From Candidatus Falkowbacteria bacterium (GTDB lineage Bacteria; Patescibacteriota; Patescibacteriia; Patescibacteriales; VMTK01): a DNA stretch of 64,000 bases. The stretch covers positions 18,484 to 82,483 of the forward strand of contig VMTK01000005.1 in NCBI GenBank assembly GCA_013791585.1. Reading direction: 5' to 3'. Below are positions 58,447-64,000 of the stretch, in pieces. A program made the position numbers and the translations under genes. The notes under the pieces were generated by a model, which worked only from the letters and a program-made list of their open reading frames with translations, had not been told where the DNA came from and searched no databases. Numbering within the stretch: the first letter of the stretch is position 1; each line of letters opens with the position of its first letter.

Positions 58447-58835
58447 TTATTGGCTTAATAGTGTTATATTCGGTTCTTTGCAATAAATCGGCTCTACAAT
58501 GTTAAATCTTTTCTTTTTAACGGCAACCTTCCGACATCCGACATCCGACATCCGATCACCGGTACTCCCAGCGCATAACCAAGCGCGTTAGCCGTAACCA
58601 CGCCTATCCTTAACGCGGTAAAACTTGTTTTATCAGTTCCTTTGTTAACGACTTGAATTTTTTCTATATTGCTTAATTCAAGATTATTCTTATCTAATAT
58701 CTTTTTAATTTCCGGCAATAATTTCTCAGCTTGCCTGTATTTGGCGCTGAATTTCTTTTTTGCCAATATATTTTCGCCTTTTTTTACAACGATTTCAATA
58801 TTATGGCCTTGAGTTGTGTCTATATATAATGTCAT
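58447..58835 (-). CDS. tsaB: TsaB-like protein, apparently frameshifted at a heptamer tract
   Basis: LYIDTT, AEKLL..I, SFTALRIGV..ANAL. The in-frame ORF stops at 58494, while VEPIYCKEPNIT lies in another frame ending at 58447. Confidence 0.75.
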
Positions 58836-58968
58836 AATATTAGTTTACATTATTAAAAAATATTTGCAAGTTAGGCCTAAAAACCATGATAAACATAAAA
58901 TTCCCGCGGTATAAAAATGAAAAATAAATATAATTTAGCTAATTTCAGCTAAAAAATACTTCTTTCTA

Positions 58969-58996
58969 TTGACAAATACGAAAATTGTGTTAAGTT
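58969..58996 (+). promoter_or_regulatory. Candidate sigma70 promoter for the plus-strand operon
   Basis: TTGACA, 16 nt, TAAGTT, with an extended TG. Confidence 0.45.
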
Positions 58997-59128
58997 AAAA
59001 CAATTATGCCTGTACGTACGGGCATATTGCTGTTTGAAAATAAAATAACAAAGGGAGGTGAGACTTTAAAAAACAGAGGCAAAGGTATAGTAAAAAAACA
59101 AAAAACCGAAAAAAGAAAGGGAAAAATC

Positions 59129-59743
59129 ATGAAAGAAAAATTGTTTACTTTTGTTGTTTTTATTGTAATGGCGCTATTTGGCGCGTTGCCAATTTACGCA
59201 TGCGATGATTGCGAAACTATTATGACAGTGGGAGAGGCATGCTTAGACGCAGACCAATACCAGAGCCATTTATACGAAGAGCTTGGCACGAACCATACTA
59301 CCATGTATGGATCAGGCACACAAAGCATTGTAGGCTCCGGGCTTGGAGATTCTGTTACATTCGTAGAGGTTGAAGCTGAATTGCTCCAATACGAGCCATA
59401 CTCTCAGACCGAAACATTGCCGCTCGGCCAGATTACATACGAAGGCGAATCGCAAATGCATATTTACGGTATGGCCAACACAGATGAATTGTGCCAGGAG
59501 TTAAGCATGAATATCCAAAACGACCGCAATTTTTCCATGGAAAATTCCATGAACGCGGAAGAAATGGATTCAAACATGCACCTTGACGCCAGTCTGTCTA
59601 TGGATGTTACAGGCGCTACCGGAACAACTGGCGCTGCCGGCTTAAACGAGCAGATTCATAGTTACGTTTTTGAGCGCGATGACGGAGCATGGCAGCAGGG
59701 CATAGCAAGAACAAAGATTTATTCAGGCGCATTCCCTGAATAA
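59129..59743 (+). CDS. Secreted acidic hypothetical protein
   Basis: SD-like AGAAAGGGA before ATG 59129; signal peptide. Confidence 0.7.
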   Translation: MKEKLFTFVVFIVMALFGALPIYACDDCETIMTVGEACLDADQYQSHLYEELGTNHTTMYGSGTQSIVGSGLGDSVTFVEVEAELLQYEPYSQTETLPLGQITYEGESQMHIYGMANTDELCQELSMNIQNDRNFSMENSMNAEEMDSNMHLDASLSMDVTGATGTTGAAGLNEQIHSYVFERDDGAWQQGIARTKIYSGAFPE

Positions 59744-59808
59744 TTCCTGAATAACCTATTAACTCCGAGGGGGAGATTTCCCTCTTTGGGTCTCCCCCAG
59801 AAAGGAGG

Positions 59809-60945
59809 ATGAATATGAAAAAAATATTTTTCGTACTTGTAACGATTTTATTTTTTACGGTTGCTCAAAACGGTTTCGCTGGAACAAGCACTAATACTGA
59901 AACTGAAGTTGATGTTGATTCATACCAAGGCCAAGGCCAAGTACAAAGTCAAATTGGCGGCACGCAGAGCATTGTATTTAACAGCGAAGCTGCGGATGAA
60001 GTATCGTATGAATACCTGTCCAACCTTCAGCCAGCAAGCATGAATCTATATACTCCTTACGCGCCGCCTGTTTTCTTAAATGAAAACAGAAAACAACTGC
60101 CGGGGCTTCGAGTATATAGATATGATGAATTAGATCATGATTTTGATGAATTAATGAAAAAATTCAAAAAAGACAAAATTCGAATCCAATATACTGAAAA
60201 GTATAAAACATTACCAAAAAATCCTGACCCAGTCTTGACAGCACCACAGATGCCTGTCGGAAGCAATGATGTTCGGCTTATGGCAATCATAGGCGAACCG
60301 CCTGCTAATTCACTGGCTGAAGAAGTAGCCAGAAGAATTGTTTCACTCGCAAAAATAATCACGCAAACCAGGCGGATATACCTTGAAGCTGAAGTAGAAG
60401 TTTTTACGAACTCGGTTTCAACCGCAGGGGGAGCTTCGCCGGCAATATCATCAGCCCAGAAGATCACCCAGTCATTGGCAGCAGTAATTTCAATGATAAA
60501 AGCTGAAACAGGCACAAGAGCATTTAAGATCAGCAAAATAATTGTCTATTGTTATAATGACGGTCCTGCGCCTGCTCTAAAGATAAAGCCCAAACAAGCC
60601 AATATTAAAGAACTTATCTTTTTTAACGCGAATGGGATAAATCCTGATGGCGCCGCTCTGAATCTTAATAAAAAATTATTGGCGGAAAAATTAAATTTTC
60701 TGGTTGCCAATAACTATAAGATTAGATTTTTGGGCGTAGGTTCTGCCGAAGAAAATGGCTTAACCGAAGAAATGGCTAAAAATGTCATGGAAGAAGTTGG
60801 GCTTAGCTTGTCTGAAGCAGAATTGAATTTGGTATTGGATAACAAATTATTTCAATATCAAGCGAAAACAGCCGGTAATCAGGATATTGAATTGATGAAT
60901 AAATACAACTCAAAAGGTTATGTTGTTTTACAAGCAGTAAAATAA
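59809..60945 (+). CDS. Secreted hypothetical protein
   Basis: AAGGAGG SD; signal peptide ending GFA; QGQGQ.QSQ motif. Confidence 0.75.
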   Translation: MNMKKIFFVLVTILFFTVAQNGFAGTSTNTETEVDVDSYQGQGQVQSQIGGTQSIVFNSEAADEVSYEYLSNLQPASMNLYTPYAPPVFLNENRKQLPGLRVYRYDELDHDFDELMKKFKKDKIRIQYTEKYKTLPKNPDPVLTAPQMPVGSNDVRLMAIIGEPPANSLAEEVARRIVSLAKIITQTRRIYLEAEVEVFTNSVSTAGGASPAISSAQKITQSLAAVISMIKAETGTRAFKISKIIVYCYNDGPAPALKIKPKQANIKELIFFNANGINPDGAALNLNKKLLAEKLNFLVANNYKIRFLGVGSAEENGLTEEMAKNVMEEVGLSLSEAELNLVLDNKLFQYQAKTAGNQDIELMNKYNSKGYVVLQAVK

Positions 60946-60962
60946 TAAAGGAGGATGATGCT

Positions 60963-61742
60963 ATGAAAAAACCGCAAAAAATTATTATTGTTATTAGCGC
61001 AATGTTGATTTTTCTGGTAACAGGATGCGCCGCAATACCAAGACAAACCGGCCTTAATCAGCCAGTGCCAAGGCCGGAGAACGCAACGTTTCTGCAAGAA
61101 CCTCAAAGCAATAACCAGCTTAACGAAATAAAAAGCGGGCAAGAAAAAACAAATACTTTATTGGAAAGATTGGTTCTTGCTATGGAGAACAAAACAACGG
61201 CTCCTATCCAAGTTCCAGCCGGAGCAGTAAAAACAGCAACTGCCGCTGATTTTAACAGAAAAGCAAAAATCATAGAAACGAGAGGCCCGACCGCGAAAGT
61301 TGAAAAGTCAGAATCCAAACGCTTAAAAGCGTTGGAATTAAAAGTCAAAGAGCTCAGCGATGCCGCGACATTGCATGGCGTTGCGTTGCTTGGAGAAAGC
61401 GGAAAATATACAATCTTCCGTATCCATAGCTTTGCCGCGGGAAATTCATCCTTAAAACACGACGACATGGAAAAACAGATTAATAATCTTATACTGCGCG
61501 TTGCCGAAAACAATTTGAAATACTTGAGAGTCGTCGGCTACACAAACGCCGACGGAAACAAAGATAATGATGAATTGTCCGGCAAAAGGGCAATAGCAGT
61601 TCTTGAACATATAACAATGTACCGGCCAGAAGATATTAAAGGCATTAAGCCGGAAAAGGGAGGCGAAACAAAAAACTTTGGCATAGCAGAAGAAAATCGC
61701 TGTGTCATCGTAATATGCGAAGAAAAACCAAAAACGCCCTAA
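60963..61742 (+). CDS. Lipoprotein with C-terminal OmpA-like domain
   Basis: Lipobox VTGC; F..GNSSL, VVGYTN..G, N.ELS.KRA.AV, ENRCV. Confidence 0.75.
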   Translation: MKKPQKIIIVISAMLIFLVTGCAAIPRQTGLNQPVPRPENATFLQEPQSNNQLNEIKSGQEKTNTLLERLVLAMENKTTAPIQVPAGAVKTATAADFNRKAKIIETRGPTAKVEKSESKRLKALELKVKELSDAATLHGVALLGESGKYTIFRIHSFAAGNSSLKHDDMEKQINNLILRVAENNLKYLRVVGYTNADGNKDNDELSGKRAIAVLEHITMYRPEDIKGIKPEKGGETKNFGIAEENRCVIVICEEKPKTP

Positions 61743-61767
61743 CAAAGGGCGCTATTTCACAAACAAT

Positions 61768-61810
61768 AATCCCTAAACAGTAAATTCATTTGCTATTTAG
61801 GGATTTTTTA
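61768..61810. terminator. Hairpin between convergent genes
   Basis: AATCCCTAAA...TTTAGGGATT followed by a T-run. Confidence 0.55.
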
Positions 61811-64000
61811 TTTTATTTCTTTTTTCAAATCTATAACATTTTTTCTGTCTACGCCATATTTTTCTAATAAATCATCATGAGCTTTAACAACTGGCTCCTC
61901 CGCAATATCTTCTGCTTCCACCCCCAATTCCTCTTTAACGCTACTAAGCCCGTTTTCACTTAAATTTGTATTAAACTTTTTTTCAAAAACAGCTTGTCTT
62001 TGCAAAAACGGCTTTTTAATTTCTATGCTCCCCTCTTGTCCATTATTTAAAATGCTAATCTCTTTGCCGTCCGCTAATTCAGCGATTGCCCTTCCGTTTT
62101 TGCCAAAACTTACTTTCTCCACATCCGCTCCGCCTAATAATTTTTTCATATTGGAAAGCGCCTCATCGCCCGCCAAGACTTTGCCGTAAAAAATATTATT
62201 TTTAATATCAAGATTACTAACAGCCATTTTCTCGGCTAAAGCGCCATAACCTATTCCGCTATTCATTTTTATATCCGTTATTAATTTAAAATCCGCTTCC
62301 GAATTATTAAACAAATACTGGGCTTGCTCCGGGGTTTTAAATAATTCTTGATGCTCTGCTAAAAATTGTAATTTAGATTTTTCGCCCGCGTCTATTCCAT
62401 CTTTAAAATTAACGCCTGTCAGTCGCGCGATTTCTTGAAATTTTTCCTGAGTTATATCTTCCTTGGCGCCAAAAATATCCTCTACTCCTGTTTTTGCCGT
62501 TTTTATAGCTTCTTCCGGCGCGATTATTGCCGCCTCTGCCGTCTGATCTGCCACCGCTTCTTTTGCTTCTTCCATGGCTTCACTTATTACTTCTTTAGAT
62601 GTTTGCCCTTCAGCTAACTCTGAAATGTTTCCGGAAAATCCTTTACCGCCAGCTTCACCGCTGAAATTACCCTGATTATCAATCGTTACTTCTGCGCCTT
62701 CAATCTGAGTATTAAAACTTCTCATATCTAAATGCTCGCTATCACCTGCGAATTTAACCTCGTCAGGATTAAAGCCATGCTTGGCGCCTTCTGCGTCAGC
62801 CCAGTTCTCGCGCAATTGCAATTCGCTTACTATTTTAGCGTCTTCAATCCCCTCTCCCTTTAGCACATCCCAGCTGCCGTCTGATTTTAATCTGACTGTA
62901 TTGCCTTCATGAACCAAATTTTTCACATCAAGCTCATCCCCTGTTTTTATATTGGCTATTGATAATTTACGCGCTGCTTGGCTTAAAAATTTTCCTCTGT
63001 TTTCATCATCTAATTTTACGCCGGCTCCTAAAACTTTATGTATAAAATTGTCTTGTGTTTTACTGTCCGCTTGCTTGGCCGCCTCATAAATCGCCTCGGA
63101 AAAAGTATCAATTTTGCCTTTGATTTCAATATCTATGTTTTTTACCGCTGCTTCTTGCTCGGCAACTTTAGCCGCAATATTATTCAATGCCTCTTGTTCC
63201 GCCGCGGCTGCTGCTTCCGGTTGATTGGCCGCAACTTCTAATTTTTGTTTGAATTCAGTATTAAATGGATCGGTTTTTCCGGATGGATCATAAGGAGGAC
63301 TATCCGCAATCGGTTCTGCCGGTTTGTTTATTTTAAAACTCTGAACTTCTTTCGACTTGTCTTTAACCGATTCTTCTATTTTAGAGCTTACAACTCCTCT
63401 ATGCCCTCCCCACCATCCTAATTCTTCGCCAAAATGCCTTATTGCATAACCAGCAGTGGCAAAACCGGCAGATATAATCGCGCCTCTAATCATTTGATTG
63501 CGTAAATATTTCTTTTGCGCTTTAGATGTTTTTTTATCTTGCTTTTTTAAAAATTCGCTTATAATTTCAATGTCCTTTTGGTATTTCTTATTATTAATCC
63601 CATTATATTCAACCTGCGCCGCGCCCTCTGAAATCTTTTCTGCTAATTCATATTGATTGAATAATCTATCTTTATTTTTACCAAAATTCATTGTTCCATC
63701 TTTAATTTTATTTTGTGCATCTTCAATGTGGAATTTTAAAGACCTGATTACTTCATCCTTTTTATCCGCATCCAAGGATTTTTTTTCCAATTCATTAATT
63801 AAAAAATCAATAGATTCATGAATATATTCAGCGTCAGCAAAATCCTTAGCTTCTTTGCTTTTATCTTCTATCCCCTTTCTAGCTAAAACATTTCTTTCTC
63901 TTAATGTTTCCTTGCCTCTTTTTCTAGCTAAAAAACCGCCCATGCCGGCCGCGGCTAATGGCGCTCCAACAAAACCAATTAAACTTATAGTCGCTGTCCT
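61808..64000 (-). CDS. Large charged hypothetical membrane-associated protein, 5' end outside the window
   Basis: The frame stays open from 63943 to the window edge. Confidence 0.75.
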   Translation of the reverse strand, partial: RTATISLIGFVGAPLAAAGMGGFLARKRGKETLRERNVLARKGIEDKSKEAKDFADAEYIHESIDFLINELEKKSLDADKKDEVIRSLKFHIEDAQNKIKDGTMNFGKNKDRLFNQYELAEKISEGAAQVEYNGINNKKYQKDIEIISEFLKKQDKKTSKAQKKYLRNQMIRGAIISAGFATAGYAIRHFGEELGWWGGHRGVVSSKIEESVKDKSKEVQSFKINKPAEPIADSPPYDPSGKTDPFNTEFKQKLEVAANQPEAAAAAEQEALNNIAAKVAEQEAAVKNIDIEIKGKIDTFSEAIYEAAKQADSKTQDNFIHKVLGAGVKLDDENRGKFLSQAARKLSIANIKTGDELDVKNLVHEGNTVRLKSDGSWDVLKGEGIEDAKIVSELQLRENWADAEGAKHGFNPDEVKFAGDSEHLDMRSFNTQIEGAEVTIDNQGNFSGEAGGKGFSGNISELAEGQTSKEVISEAMEEAKEAVADQTAEAAIIAPEEAIKTAKTGVEDIFGAKEDITQEKFQEIARLTGVNFKDGIDAGEKSKLQFLAEHQELFKTPEQAQYLFNNSEADFKLITDIKMNSGIGYGALAEKMAVSNLDIKNNIFYGKVLAGDEALSNMKKLLGGADVEKVSFGKNGRAIAELADGKEISILNNGQEGSIEIKKPFLQRQAVFEKKFNTNLSENGLSSVKEELGVEAEDIAEEPVVKAHDDLLEKYGVDRKNVIDLKKEIK

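Noticed and set aside
8086-59128. Extended N-termini in the ORF track for gpmI-2 (8181), murF (53119), ftsI (55112) and the 59006 ORF
   Set aside because: The extensions run through repeat arrays or leaders; downstream ATGs fit family starts, signal peptides or SD positions better.
1-64000. An alternative genetic code (TGA recoded)
   Set aside because: Conserved genes are full length in code 11, and TGA ends ackA and rpoA.

Overview
AT-rich bacterial chromosome segment using the standard genetic code (TGA terminates ackA and rpoA). Gene content and protein features (short AlaS and L13, PilT, alpha subunit without CTD, many membrane hypotheticals) suggest Patescibacteria/CPR (Parcubacteria-like); this is inference. 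Almost all genes are on the minus strand: lepA (partial), murJ, a lower-glycolysis block (pgk, eno, two gpmI, ackA), pilT, a flippase, the infA-rpmJ-rpsM-rpsK-rpsD-rpoA-rplQ-rplM-rpsI cluster, alaS, mnmA, cca, murF-ftsI-ftsL-rsmH-mraZ and tsaB. Four unusual things stand out. (1) A complete tRNA-Ala(CGC) gene is nested inside the anticodon loop of a second, otherwise intact tRNA-Ala, clamped by a 14-bp GC-rich inverted repeat (47625-47846). (2) A 14-kb island next to tRNA-Pro consists of two cargo units, each bounded by its own pair of long structured inverted repeats and led by an XRE gene, with no recombinase visible. (3) Inside the island is a compact XRE-DUF5655-EcoRV-like REase-MTase-DruA-NurA-HerA operon, a candidate composite defence system, with one in-frame TAA in herA. 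(4) Small palindromes and 7/8/9-nt tandem arrays fill most gene junctions and are inserted in frame into many essential proteins; one appears to frameshift tsaB. No database searches were run, so family calls rest on motif recognition.
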